A stretch of DNA of 64,000 nucleotides from Eledone cirrhosa (lineage: Eukaryota): the NCBI GenBank assembly GCA_964016885.1, contig OZ024741.1, positions 19,096,001 through 19,160,000 of the forward strand, read 5' to 3'. The notes under the pieces are model-generated. The model did no database searches. It had not been told where the DNA came from and saw only the letters and a list, made by a program, of their open reading frames with translations. A program made the position numbers and the translations under genes. Below, piece by piece: positions 1 to 14,689 of this stretch. Every line of letters starts with the position of its first letter. Position 1 is the stretch's first letter.

Positions 1-300
1 AACATTTCGGTTGAGGGTAGGCGGTCCGCATGTTACCACTGCGCAAGCAGAGGTCACCTAAGGGCTGCTTGTCCTCAATTGACAAAAAAAAACCCACTTT
101 TACCAACACCACAAATGACAACACAACCACCACCACCACGACAACAAGAAAAAACAACAGAGAACACTATTCCACCCAACCCCTCCCCACCCAAAACAAA
201 TACAAAAACACACACAGACACTACAGAACCCCAAAACATACCCCTACCCATCAACACGGATGAGGAACCCCTATCGAGGGCACCCAGCGGCGATGAGGAC
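1..300 (+). mobile_element. L1/Tx1-type LINE ORF1 (gag-like) 3' fragment with CCHC zinc knuckle
   Basis: Frame 1 from base 1 reads NISVEGRRSA-CYHCASRGHLRAAC-PQ (C-x2-C-x4-H-x4-C at 31-72), then a Pro/Thr-rich tail ending in (TATC)n. Confidence 0.7.
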
Positions 301-360
301 TATCTATCTATCTATCTATCTATCACTATCTATCACTATCTATCTATCTATCTATCTATT

Positions 361-2082
361 CGTCACTGAACAACCGGTGTGGGCCCCGTTCGTGAGGCGA
401 GCCTTCCCACGACTCGCCTCGTTGACCGAGCTGCAGTCAGAAGCAAAATACCTGCTCTGGGTAACGAGGGAGCCAAAGCTGTTAGCTGGGTCCGGGTGAC
501 GGAGGCGAAAAGTGGCAACAAGTCAACGATTTGGTCTTTGAAGAACCAAGACGCACGCGTGATACGAGAGCCGAAGCAGATGTGCGCAGCCTTTCAGCGG
601 CACTTTGCTCAACTGTTCGGGCAGGGTGGCGCGCCGGGAGGGCTGTCAAAAACCTGGTGGGAGAAGCGCAGACATGCGCAATCCCGACCAGGTCCAAACA
701 CGACAACCTCCACCTCATGTGATACATCGTAGAGAGGGTAGGGTGTAAACCCGGCTTCGGTGGGGCCCTGATCAACTTGGATCAGTCTAAGGCTTTTGAT
801 AGGGTTGACCATCATTACCTGGATGCGGTGCTCGAGGCGGCAGGCTTTGGACTCATGTTTAGGGGCTGGATTGCTGCAATGCACAACATCTGCTCAAGGG
901 TCAAGGTGAATGGCTACCTCTTGGAGCCATTCCATATCATGCGATCCATCCGACAGGGATGCCCTCTCTCCTCCCTTCTGTACGTACTGACTCTTGAGCC
1001 ACTACTGCGGAAGTTGGAGCTATTGCAGGGCATCTAGAACCGGGACTGCAGAAAGCGGCGTCGGCCTACGCTGACGACGTCACAGCAAAGGTGTAGAGCA
1101 CCTCGCAAATCGAGGAAGTCGGCACCTTAGTGAAGGAATACACCAAAATCGAGCGCGCGCTCTTCCAATTCCTTTGGAAGAAGCGGGCTCCTTTGGTGAG
1201 AAGATCCATCTGCTGCCAACACCCTTCCAACAGAGGGCTGGGGATGCCGTGGCTGACGATGCGCAAACACGCGCTCGGGCTGCGGCATCGCTACGTATTC
1301 CTCACCGGACAACCGGTGTGGGCCCCGTTCGTGAGGCGAGCCTTCCCACGACTCCTCTCGCTGACCGAGCTGCAGTCCTGGGTCAAGCAAAGACCGAGGA
1401 AAATTGGCAACTGGCACATCAAATATGCTCAGGCGCTCACAGACCTCTGGCAGGTGGACCCGGTGATCAGTGGAGACACCACTTCATCAGTCTATAGAGG
1501 GTTGATCCGCAGCAAGTGCAACGACGCGCTCGGAGAAACTCTAGGCGTAGAGGAAGACGAACTGGCCAGTCTGTTTGGGAGGACCTTCCGCCCGGGACCG
1601 ATGGACAACTTCCAAAAGTCCCTGGCCTGGCAGTCCTACCGAGAAGCTCTACAGACATGGGTGCCCGTGCAAGGACCCTTCGAAAAAGATCTGTCCGTGA
1701 TGCGTGCGAGACGAAGAAACCATCGCGCACGCATTCATACACTGCCCGGGCATTACCGACCTGTGGGGCTATGTAGAACGACTATTGTCGCGGGTGGAAC
1801 CAATCCGGTTAACCACCTAGTCCATTATCATGATTAAGCCGCCACCCTCCTTCACAAACGAAGGAGAGGCGGTTTTCCTTTGTGTGATAGCTATGGCGAA
1901 AGAGGTTGTATGGTGGATAAGCTTAAAACGGCTGAGGTCAGACACCTTTCTCTCTGGCCAACAACTGATTCTTTTTTTCAAATACCACTTTGGAAGAAGA
2001 ATCAGGATGGAGAGAGATGTGCTGTACCCCAGCAAGTTTTACGAAAGGTGGTTGAAAGTGGCAAGAATGGCTCAAGTGAAAC
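361..2082 (+). mobile_element. Tx1/L1-clade LINE ORF2, internally deleted and interrupted by stops
   Basis: RT motifs LDQSKAFDRVDH, RQGCPLS and AYADD (~775-1085); post-RT LFQFLWK...GLGMP; C-terminal ICP*CVRDEETIAHAFIHCP (~1690-1750). RT subdomains 6-7 appear skipped. Confidence 0.85.
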
Positions 2083-2429
2083 ATATCTATCTATAACTAT
2101 CTATCTATCACTATCTATCTATATATATATATCTATCACTATCTATCTGTTTATCGCTATGTCCACTATCTGTCTCTTTGTCTATCTGTATGACACCCTG
2201 CTCTTTTTCAGTATATCTACCCCTCTATCTCCCTCTCAATCTGTCCAACCACTCACCTAAATCTACAGTAATTATACATGACATTACACTGTCACATCCG
2301 GTCACTAGCATCTTTAGGTTTTTACATTCTCAGTAAGGCTTCTCTATGTTCTTAACCAACCACCATCACTGCTACCACTCCATACACCTGCTGTTGGTAG
2401 TGGTGGGAGTGGCAGTGCTATTGATGATG

Positions 2430-5400
2430 GTGATGGTGATGATTGTGGTATTGGTGAAGGTGATGGTTGTGGTATTGGTGATGGTGATGGTTGTAGTGAT
2501 GGTGATGATTGTGGTATTGGTGATGATGATGGTTGTAGTGATGGTGATGGTGATGATTGTGGTATTGGTGAAGGTGATGATTGTGGTATTGGTGATGGTG
2601 ATGATTGTGGTATTGGTGATGGTGATGGTGATGATTGTGGTATTGGTGATGGTGATGATTGTGGTATTGGTGATGGTGATGATTGTGGTATTGGTGATGG
2701 TGATGATTGTGGTATTGGTGATGGTGATGATTGTGGTATTGGTGATGGTGATGATTGTGGTATTGGTGATGGTGATGATTGAGGTATTGGTGATGGTGAT
2801 GATTGTGGTATTGGTGATGGTGATGATTGTGGTATTGGTGATGGTGATGATTGTGGTATTGGTGATGGTGATGGTGATGATTGTGGTATTGGTGAAGGTG
2901 ATGATTGTGGTATTGGTGATGGTGATGATTGTGGTATTGGTGATGGTGATGATTGTGGTATTGGTGATGGTGATGATTGTGGTATTGGTGATGGTGATGA
3001 TTGTGGTATTGGTGATGGTGATGATTGTGGTATTGGTGATGGTGATGGTTGTGGTATTGGTGATGATGATGATTGTGGTATTGGTGATGGTGATGGTTGT
3101 AGTGATGGTGATGATTGTGGTATTGGTGATGATGATGGTTGTAGTGATGGTGATGATTGTGGTATTGGTGATGGTGATGATTGTGGTATTGGTGATGATG
3201 ATGATTGTAGTGATGGTGATGATTGTGGTATTGGTGATGATGATGGTTGTAGTGATGGTGATGATTGTGGTATTGGTGATGGTTGTTGTATTGGTGATGG
3301 TGATGATTGTGGTATTGGTGAAGGTGATGATTGTGGTATTGGTGAAGGTGATGGTTGTAGTGATGGTGATGATTGTGGTATTGGTGATGGTGATGATTGT
3401 GGTATTGGTGATGGTTGTTGTATTGGTGATGGTGATGATTGTGGTATTGGTGATGGTGATGATTGTGGTATTGGTGATGGTGATGATTGTGGTATTGGTG
3501 ATGGTGATGGTTGTAGTGATGGTGATGATTGTGGTATTGGTGATGGTGATGATTGTGGTATTGGTGATGATGATGATTGTGGTATTGGTGAAGGTGATGA
3601 TTGTGGTATTGGTGATGGTGATGGTTGTAGTGATGGTGATGATTGTGGTATTGGTGATGGTGATGATTGTGGTATTGGTGATGGTGATGATTGTGGTATT
3701 GGTGATGGTGATGATTGTGGTATTGGTGAAGGTGATGGTTGTAGTGATGGTGATGATTGTGGTATTGGTGATGGTGATGATTGTGGTATTGGTGATGGTT
3801 GTTGTATTGGTGATGGTGATGGTGATGATTGTGGTATTGGTGATGATTGTGGTATTGGTGATGGTGATGATTGTGGTATTGGTGATGGTGATGGTTGTGG
3901 TATTGGTGAAGGTGATGATTGTGGTATTGGTGATGGTGATGATTGTGGTATTGGTGATGGTGATGATTGTGGTATTGGTGATGGTTGTTGTATTGTTGAT
4001 GGTGATGATTGTGGTATTGGTGATGGTGATGATTGTGGTATTGGTGATGGTGATGGTTGTGGTATTGGTGATGGTTGTTGTATTGTTGATGGTGATGATT
4101 GTGGTATTGGTGATGGTGATGATTGTGGTATTGGTGATGGTGATGGTTGTGGTATTGGTGAAGGTGATGATTGTGGTATTGGTGATGGTGATGGTTGTGG
4201 TATTGGTGAAGGTGATGATTGTGGTATTGGTGATGGTGATGGTTGTGGTATTGGTGATGGTTGTTGTATTGGTGATGGTGATGATTGTGGTATTGGTGAT
4301 GGTGATGATTGTGGTATTGGTGATGGTGATGGTTGTGGTATTGGTGAAGGTGATGATTGTGGTATTGGTGATGGTGATGGTTGTGGTATTGGTGAAGGTG
4401 ATGATTGTGGTATTGGTGATGGTGATGGTTGTGGTATTGGTGATGATGATGATTGTGGTATTGGTGAAGGTGATGATTGTGGTATTGGTGAAGGTGATGG
4501 TTGTGGTATTGGTGATGGTGATGATTGTGGTATTGGTGATGGTGATGGTTGTGGTATTGGTGATGGTGATGATTGTGGTATTGGTGATGGTGATGGTTGT
4601 GGTATTGGTGATGGTGATGATTGTGGTATTGGTGATGGTGATGATTGTGGTATTGGTGATGGTTGTTGTATTGGTGATGGTGATGATTGTGGTATTGGTG
4701 ATGGTGATGATTGTGGTATTGGTGATGGTGATGATTGTGGTATTGGTGATGGTGATGATTGTGGTATTGGTGATGGTGATGATTGTGGTATTGGTGATGG
4801 TGATGGTTGTGGTATTGGTGATGGTGATGATTGTGGTATTGGTGATGATTGTGGTATTGGTGATGGTGATGATTGTGGTATTGGTGATGGTGATGATTGT
4901 GGTATTGGTGATGGTGATGATTGTGGTATTGGTGATGGTGATGGTTGTGGTATTGGTGATGGTGATGGTTGTGGTATTGGTGATGGTGATGATTGTGGTA
5001 TTGGTGATGATGATTGTGGTATTGGTGATGGTGATGATTGTGGTATTGGTGATGGTGATGATTGTGGTATTGGTGATGGTGATGATTGTGGTATTGGTGA
5101 AGGTGATGGTTGTGGTATTGGTGATGGTGATGATTGTAGTATTGGTGATGGTGATGATTGTGGTATTGGTGATGGTGATGATTGTGGTATTGGTGAAGGT
5201 GATGATTGTGGTATTGGTGATGGTGATGATTGTTGTATTGGTGATGGTGATGATTGTGGTATTGGTGAAGGTGATGGTTGTGGTATTGGTGATGGTGATG
5301 ATTGTGGTATTGGTGATGATGATGGTTGTAGTGATGGTGATGGTGATGATTGTGGTATTGGTGAAGGTGATGGTTGTGGTATTGGTGATGATGATGGTTG

Positions 5401-8400
5401 TAGTGATGGTGATGGTGATGATTGTGGTATTGGTGAAGGTGATGGTTGTGGTATTGGTGATGGTTGTAGTGATGGTGATGATTGTGGTATTGGTGATGAT
5501 GATGGATGTAGTGATGGTGATGGTGATGATTGTGGTATTGGTGAAGGTGATGATTGTGGTATTGGTGATGGTGATGATTGTGGTATTGGTGATGGTGATG
5601 GTGATGATTGTGGTATTGGTGATGGTGATGATTGTGGTATTGGTGATGGTGATGATTGTGGTATTGGTGATGGTGATGATTGTGGTATTGGTGATGGTGA
5701 TGATTGTGGTATTGGTGATGGTGATGATTGTGGTATTGGTGATGGTGATGGTTGTAGTGATGGTGATGATTGTGGTATTGGTGATGGTGATGATTGTGGT
5801 ATTGGTGATGGTGATGATTGTGGTATTGGTGATGATGATGATTGTGGTATTGGTGATGATGATGATTGTTGTATTGGTGATGATGATGATTGTGGTATTG
5901 GTGATGGTGATGGTTGTAGTGATGGTGATGATTGTGGTATTGGTGATGATGATGGTTGTAGTGATGGTGATGATTGTGGTATTGGTGATGGTGATGATTG
6001 TGGTATTGGTGATGATGATGATTGTGGTATTAGTGATGATGATGATTGTAGTGATGGTGATGATTGTGGTATTGGTGATGATGATGATTGTGGTATTGGT
6101 GATGGTGATGGTTGTAGTGATGGTGATGATTGTGGTATTGGTGATGGTGATGGTTGTAGTGATGGTGATGATTGTGGTATTGGTGATGGTGATGATTGTG
6201 GTATTGGTGATGATGATGATTGTGGTATTGGTGATGATGATGATTGTAGTGATGGTGATGATTGTGGTATTGGTGATGATGATGATTGTGGTATTGGTGA
6301 TGGTGATGATTGTGGTATTGGTGATGATGATGATTGTGGTATTGGTGAAGGTGATGATTGTGGTATTGGTGATGGTGATGGTTGTAGTGATGGTGATGAT
6401 TGTGGTATTGGTGATGGTGATGAATGTGGTATTGGTGATGGTGATGATTGTGGTATTGGTGATGATTGTGGTATTGGTGAAGGTGATGGTTGTAGTGATG
6501 GTGATGATTGTGGTATTGGTGAAGGTGATGGTTGTGGTATTGGTGATGGTGATGATTGTGGTATTGGTGATGGTGATGATTGTGGTATTGGTGATGATTG
6601 TGGTATTGGTGAAGGTGATGGTTGTAGTGATGGTGATGATTGTGGTATTGGTGATGGTGATGATTGTGGTATTGGTGAAGGTGATGATTGTGGTATTGGT
6701 GATGGTGATGGTTGTAGTGATGGTGATGATTGTGGTATTGGTGATGGTGATGATTGTGGTATTGGTGATGGTGATGATTGTGGTATTGGTGATGGTGATG
6801 GTTGTAGTGATGGTGATGATTGTGGTATTGGTGATGGTTGTGGTATTGGTGAAGGTGATGGTTGTAGTGATGGTGATGATTGTGGTATTGGTGATGGTGA
6901 TGATTGTGGTATTGGTGATGGTGATGATTGTGGTATTGGTGATGGTGATGATTGTGGTATTGGTGATGGTGATGATTGTGGTATTGGTGATGGTTGTTGT
7001 ATTGGTGATGGTGATGATTGTGGTATTGGTGATGGTTGTGGTATTGGTGATGGTGATGATTGTGGTATTGGTGATGGTTGTGGTATTGGTGATGGTGATG
7101 ATTGTGGTATTGGTGAAGGTGATGATTGTGGTATTGGTGAAGGTGATGATTGTGGTATTGGTGATGGTGATGATTGTGGTATTGGTGATGGTTGTTGTAT
7201 TGGTGATGGTGATGATTGTGGTATTGGTGATGGTTGTGGTATTGGTGATGGTGATGATTGTGGTATTGGTGAAGGTGATGATTGTGGTATTGGTGATGGT
7301 GATGATTGTGGTATTGGTGAAGGTGATGATTGTGGTATTGGTGATGGTGATGATTGTGGTATTGGTGATGGTTGTTGTATTGGTGATGGTGATGATTGTG
7401 GTATTGGTGATGGTTGTGGTATTGGTGATGGTGATGATTGTGGTATTGGTGAAGGTGATGATTGTGGTATTGGTGATGGTGATGATTGTGGTATTGGTGA
7501 AGGTGATGATTGTGGTATTGGTGATGGTGATGATTGTGGTATTGGTGATGGTGATGATTGTGGTATTGGTGATGGTGATGATTGTGGTATTGGTGATGGT
7601 TGTTGTATTGGTGATGGTGATGATTGTGGTATTGGTGATGGTGATGGTTGTGGTATTGGTGAAGGTGATGGTTGTTGTATTGGTGATGGTGATGATTGTG
7701 GTATTGGTGATGGTGATGATTGTGGTATTGGTGATGGTTGTTGTATTGGTGATGGTGATGATTGTGGTATTGGTGATGGTGATGGTGATGGTTGTGGTAT
7801 TGGTGATGGTTGTTGTATTGGTGATGGTGATGATTGTGGTATTGGTGATGGTGATGATTGTGGTATTGGTGATGGTGATGGTTGTGGTATTGGTGAAGGT
7901 GATGATTGTGGTATTGGTGATGGTGATGGTTGTGGTATTGGTGAAGGTGATGATTGTGGTATTGGTGATGGTGATGGTTGTGGTATTGGTGATGGTTGTT
8001 GTATTGGTGATGGTGATGATTGTGGTATTGGTGATGGTGATGATTGTGGTATTGGTGATGGTGATGGTTGTGGTATTGGTGAAGGTGATGATTGTGGTAT
8101 TGGTGATGGTGATGGTTGTGGTATTGGTGAAGGTGATGATTGTGGTATTGGTGATGGTGATGGTTGTGGTATTGGTGATGATGATGATTGTGGTATTGGT
8201 GAAGGTGATGATTGTGGTATTGGTGAAGGTGATGGTTGTGGTATTGGTGATGATTGTGGTATTGGTGATGGTGATGATTGTGGTATTGGTGATGGTGATG
8301 GTTGTGGTATTGGTGATGGTGATGATTGTGGTATTGGTGATGGTGATGATTGTGGTATTGGTGATGGTTGTTGTATTGGTGATGGTGATGATTGTGGTAT

Positions 8401-11400
8401 TGGTGATGGTGATGATTGTGGTATTGGTGATGGTGATGATTGTGGTATTGGTGATGGTGATGATTGTGGTATTGGTGATGGTGATGGTTGTGGTATTGGT
8501 GATGGTGATGGTTGTGGTATTGGTGATGGTGATGATTGTGGTATTGGTGATGGTGATGATTGTGGTATTGGTGATGGTGATGATTGTGGTATTGGTGATG
8601 GTGATGATTGTGGTATTGGTGATGGTGATGATTGTGGTATTGGTGATGGTGATGGTTGTGGTATTGGTGATGGTGATGGTTGTGGTATTGGTGATGGTGA
8701 TGATTGTGGTATTGGTGATGGTGATGATTGTGGTATTGGTGATGGTGATGATTGTGGTATTGGTGATGGTGATGATTGTGGTATTGGTGATGGTGATGAT
8801 TGTGGTATTGGTGAAGGTGATGGTTGTGGTGATGATTGTAGTATTGGTGATGGTGATGATTGTGGTATTGGTGATGGTGATGGTTGTGGTATTGGTGATG
8901 GTGATGATTGTGGTATTGGTGATGGTGATGATTGTGGTATTGGTGAAGGTGATGATTGTGGTATTGGTGATGATGATGGTTGTAGTGATGGTGATGATTG
9001 TGGTATTGGTGATGGTTGTGGTATTGGTGATGGTGATGATTGTGGTATTGGTGATGGTGATGATTGTGGTATTGGTGAAGGTGATGATTGTGGTATTGGT
9101 GATGGTGATGATTGTAGTATTGGTGATGGTGATGATTGTGGTATTGGTGATGGTGATGGTTGTGGTATTGGTGATGGTGATGGTTGTAGTGATGGTGATG
9201 ATTGTGGTATTGGTGATGATGATGGTTGTAGTGATGGTGATGATTGTGGTATTGGTGAAGGTGATGATTGTGGTATTGGTGATGGTGATGGTTGTGGTAT
9301 TGGTGAAGGTGATGGTTGTGGTATTGGTGATGGTGATGATTGTGGTATTGGTGAAGGTGATGATTGTGGTATTGGTGAAGGTGATGGTTGTGGTATTGGT
9401 GATGGTGATGATTGTAGTATTGGTGATGGTGATGATTGTGGTATTGGTGATGGTGATGGTTGTAGTGATGGTGATGATTGTGGTATTGGTGATGGTGATA
9501 GTTGTTGTATTGGTGATGGTGATGATTGTGGTATTGGTGATGGTGATGATTGTGGTATTGGTGAAGGTGATGATTGTGGTATTGGTGAAGGTGATGATTG
9601 TAGTATTGGTGATGGTGATGATTGTGGTATTGGTGATGGTGATGGTTGTGGTATTGGTGATGGTGATGATTGTGGTATTGGTGAAGGTGATGATTGTGGT
9701 ATTGGTGAAGGTGATGGTTGTGGTATTGGTGATGGTGATGATTGTAGTATTGGTGATGGTGATGATTGTGGTATTGGTGATGGTGATGATTGTGGTATTG
9801 GTGAAGGTGATGATTGTGGTATTGGTGATGGTGATGATTGTAGTATTGGTGATGGTGATGATTGTGGTATTGGTGATGGTGATGGTTGTGGTATTGGTGA
9901 TGGTGATGGTTGTAGTGATGGTGATGATTGTGGTATTGGTGATGATGATGGTTGTAGTGATGGTGATGATTGTGGTATTGGTGATGGTGATGATTGTGGT
10001 ATTGGTGATGGTGATGATTGTGGTATTGGTGATGATGATGATTGTGGTATTGGTGATGATGATGATTGTGGTATTGGTGAAGGTGATGGTTGTGGTATTG
10101 GTGATGGTGATGATTGTGGTATTGGTGAAGGTGATGGTTGTGGTATTGGTGATGGTGATGATTGTGGTATTGGTGATGGTTGTTGTATTGGTGATGGTGA
10201 TGATTGTGGTATTGGTGATGGTGATGATTGTGGTATTGGTGATGGTGATGATTGTGGTATTGGTGATGATTGTGGTATTGGTGATGATGATGATTGTGGT
10301 ATTGGTGATGGTGATGATTGTGGTATTGGTGATGGTGATGATTGTGGTATTGGTGATGGTGATGATTGTGGTATTGGTGATGATGATGGTTGTAGTGATG
10401 GTGATGATTGTGGTATTGGTGATGGTGATGGTTGTGGTATTGGTGATGGTGATGATTGTGGTATTGGTGATGGTGATGATTGTGGTATTGGTGAAGGTGA
10501 TGATTGTGGTATTGGTGATGGTGATGATTGTAGCATTGGTGATGGTGATGATTGTGGTATTGGTGATGATGATGGTTGTAGTGATGGTGATGATTGTGGT
10601 ATTGGTGATGGTGATGGTTGTGGTATTGGTGATGATGATGATTGTGGTATTGGTGATGGTGATGATTGTGGTATTGGTGAAGGTGATGATTGTGGTATTG
10701 GTGATGATGATGATTGTGGTATTGGTGATGGTGATGATTGTGGTATTGGTGATGGTGATGATTGTGGTATTGGTGAAGGTGATGGTTGTGGTATTGGTGA
10801 TGGTGATGATTGTAGTATTGGTGATGGTGATGATTGTGGTATTGGTGATGGTGATGATTGTGGTATTGGTGATGGTGATGATTGTGGTATTGGTGATGAT
10901 GATGGTTGTAGTGATGGTGATGATTGTGGTATTGGTGATGGTGATGGTTGTGGTATTGGTGATGGTGATGATTGTGGTATTGGTGATGGTGATGATTGAG
11001 GTATTGGTGAAGGTGATGGTTGTGGTATTGGTGAAGGTGATGATTGTGGTATTGGTGATGGTGATGATTGTGGTATTGGTGAAGGTGATGATTGTGGTAT
11101 TGGTGATGGTTGTGGTATTGGTGATGGTGATGATTGTAGTATTGGTGATGGTGATGATTGTGGTATTGGTGATGGTGATGATTGTGGTATTGGTGATGGT
11201 GATGATTGTGGTATTGGTGATGATGATGGTTGTAGTGATGGTGATGATTGTGGTATTGGTGATGGTGATGGTTGTGGTATTGGTGATGGTGATGATTGTG
11301 GTATTGGTGAAGGTGATGATTGTGGTATTGGTGATGGTGATGATTGTAGCATTGGTGATGGTGATGATTGTGGTATTGGTGATGGTGATGGTTGTGGTAT

Positions 11401-13010
11401 TGGTGATGGTGATGGTTGTGGTATTGGTGATGATGATGGTTGTAGTGATGGTGATGATTGTGGTATTGGTGAAGGTGATGATTGTGGTATTGGTGATGGT
11501 GATGGTTGTGGTATTGGTGAAGGTGATGGTTGTGGTATTGGTGATGGTGATGATTGTGGTATTGGTGATGGTGATGATTGTGGTATTGGTGATGGTGATG
11601 ATTGTGGTATTGGTGAAGGTGATGATTGTGGTATTGGTGAAGGTGATGATTGTGGTATTGGTGAAGGTGATGGTTGTGGTATTGGTGATGGTGATGATTG
11701 TGGTATTGGTGATGGTGATGATTGTGGTATTGGTGAAGGTGATGATTGTGGTATTGGTGATGGTGATGATTGTGGTATTGGTGAAGGTGATGGTTGTGGT
11801 ATTGGTGAAGGTGATGGTTGTGGTATTGGTGATGGTGATGATTGTGGTATTGGTGATGGTTGTTGTATTGGTGATGGTGATGATGATGATTGTGGTATTG
11901 GTGATGGTGATGATTGTGGTATTGGTGAAGGTGATGATTGTGGTATTGGTGATGATGATGATTGTGGTATTGGTGATGGTGATGATTGTGGTATTGGTGA
12001 TGGTGATGATTGTGGTATTGGTGAAGGTGATGGTTGTGGTATTGGTGATGGTGATGATTGTGGTATTGGTGAAGGTGATGATTGTGGTATTGGTGATGGT
12101 GATGATTGTGGTATTGGTGATGGTGATGATTGTGGTATTGGTGATGGTGATGATTGTGGTATTGGTGAAGGTGATGGTGATGATTGTGGTATTGGTGATG
12201 GTGATGATTGTGGTATTGGTGATGGTGATGATTGTGGTATTGGTGATGGTGATGATTGTGGTATTGGTGATGGTGATGATTGTGGTATTGGTGAAGGTGA
12301 TGGTTGTGGTATTGGTGATGATGATGGTTGTAGTGATGGTGATGATTGTGGTATTGGTGATGATGATGGTTGTAGTGATGGTGATGGTTGTTGTATTGGT
12401 GATGGTGATGGTGATGATTGTAGTATTGGTGATGGTGATGATTGTGGTATTGGTGATGGTTGTTGTATTGGTGATGGTGATGATTGTAGTATTGGTGATG
12501 GTGATGATTGTGGTATTGGTGATGGTTGTTGTATTGGTGATGGTGATGATGATTGTAGTATTGGTGATGGTGATGATTGTGGTATTGGTGATGGTGATGG
12601 TATTGGTGAAGGTGATGATTGTGGTATTGGTGATGGTTGTTGTATTGGTGATGGTGATGATTGTGGTATTGGTGAAGGTGATGATTGTGGTATTGGTGAT
12701 GGTGATGATTGTGGTATTGGTGATGATTGTAGTATTGGTGATGGTGATGATTGTGGTATTGGTGATAGTGATGATTGTGGTATTGGTGATGGTGATGCTT
12801 GTGGTATTGGTGAAGGTGATGGTTGTGGTATTGGTGATGGTGATGATTGTAGTATTGGTGATGGTGATGATTGTAGTATTGGTGATGGTGATGATTGTAG
12901 TATTGGTGATGGTGATGATTGTGGTATTGGTGATGGTGATGATTGTAGTATTGGTGATGGTGATGATTGTGGTATTGGTGATGCTGATGATTGTGGTAGT
13001 GGTGGTGGTA
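2430..13010. repeat. 10.7-kb minisatellite, 24-bp consensus GGTGATGATTGTGGTATTGGTGAT
   Basis: Directly visible tandem array; variants differ by 3- or 6-nt modules (GAAG, GTAGT, GTTGTT). Confidence 0.97.
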
Positions 13011-13764
13011 TTAATGACGATTGTGGTATTAACAGATATGTTAGATATGGTTGTGATGATAGCTGCAGCATTAGTGATGATGAGGGTGCTCTCTCCTGCC
13101 CAAGAGATAGGACTCTATCATAGGAACCCTTTCAACATACCACAACCAACAGTAAGGGACTCCAGCCTGTCCCCTTCCACTAATCTTGCAATCTTGTAAT
13201 AGAAACATTTTTGATAACCGCTCAGAAATATTTCCACCATTTGTTGCATTGATATTTGTATTTCCGGGGCTTTATATATATGTATATGTGTGTGTGTTTA
13301 TATATAATTGCTTTACTGCTAGTGTTCTTGTTGTTGTTATTGTTGTGATGGTTGTAACATTGCTTTATCTTTTTTCTTTTTTTGTCTTTGGCGTTTCAAT
13401 TCCATGCCTCCACCACCTTGCTCTGCACTCCATATTCCATACTCCACTCTACACTCCATATTCCATACTCCACTCCACACTCTATCATTTATGTATGAAG
13501 TCATTTGAAATTGGTGCTTCTGTATTCCAGATTAGATCTTAATAACAGTGCTCGGGTTGTCATCTGTGGACATGACACAGTGTAAACCACCCTGCTAAAC
13601 ATAGGCCTTATCCATCAGCTTTACAATTACTTGGAGGCTTAGGAAATCTGTCATGTGTAAAGATAATATTTCTTGCCAAGGAAAAATAAACAAAAGGGAG
13701 CAGAAAGCAACATATCTGAAGCAAAGGATGATTTGTTTCAGTGGAGACTGTGATATAGATTGGT

Positions 13765-14617
13765 GAGATCTTATGGATAAAGTGGAGATTGTGTCAGAGA
13801 TGGTGTCACACATGGTGTTAGAGACAGTGTCAGAGATGGTATCAGAAATTGTGTCACAGATGGTGTTAGAGACAGTGTCAGAGATGGTGTTAGAGACGGT
13901 GTCACAGATGGTGTCAGATATTGTGTCACAGATGGTGTCAAAAATTGTGTCAGATATGGTGTCAGATATGGTGTCAGATATGGTGTCAGATATTGTGTCA
14001 GATATTGTGTCAGATATTGTGTCAGATATTGTGTCAGATATTGTGTCAGATAGGGTGTCAGATAGGGTGTCAGATAGGGTGTCAGATAGGGTGTCAGATA
14101 TTGTGTCAGAGACGGTGTCACAGATGGTGTCGGATATGGTGTCAGATATTGTGTCCGAGTTGGTGTCCGAGTCAGTGTCCGAATTGGTGTCCGAGTCAGT
14201 GTCAGAGAATGTCAGATATTGTGTCAGAGATTGGTGACATTTTATGAATAAAGTGGAGATTGTGCCAGAGATTGTTGACATCCTCTTGATAAAGTCTTTT
14301 AGAGAACCAGGAGAACTGGCCACAAGAAAACTCCTCATATTTAGGTACCTGACGGTGTCTGAGTTGGTGTCCGAGTCGGTGTCAGAGACGGTGTCCGAGT
14401 CGGTGTCAGAGACGGTGTCCGAGTCGGTGTCAGAGATTGCGTCAGACTTGGGGTCAGAGACGGTGTCAGAGACAGGGTCAGATATTGTGTCAGAGATTGG
14501 TGACATCTTATGAATAAAGTGGAGATTGTGTCAGAGATTGTTGACATCCTCTTGATAAAGTCTTTTAGAGAACCAGGAGAACTGGCCACAAGAAAGCTCC
14601 TCATATTTAGGTACCTA
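13765..14617. repeat. 12-bp minisatellite (GTGTCAGATATT) with a duplicated ~135-bp unique block
   Basis: Tandem GTGTCAGA(T/G)A units; block ~14215-14350 recurs at ~14480-14617 and partly at 13760-13800. Confidence 0.9.
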
Positions 14618-14689
14618 TAACAGTATGTGACTGGGTAAGGTCCAGTTCAATTGCTGTCACTGTCAACTCTTTGTTACTATCACCACACT

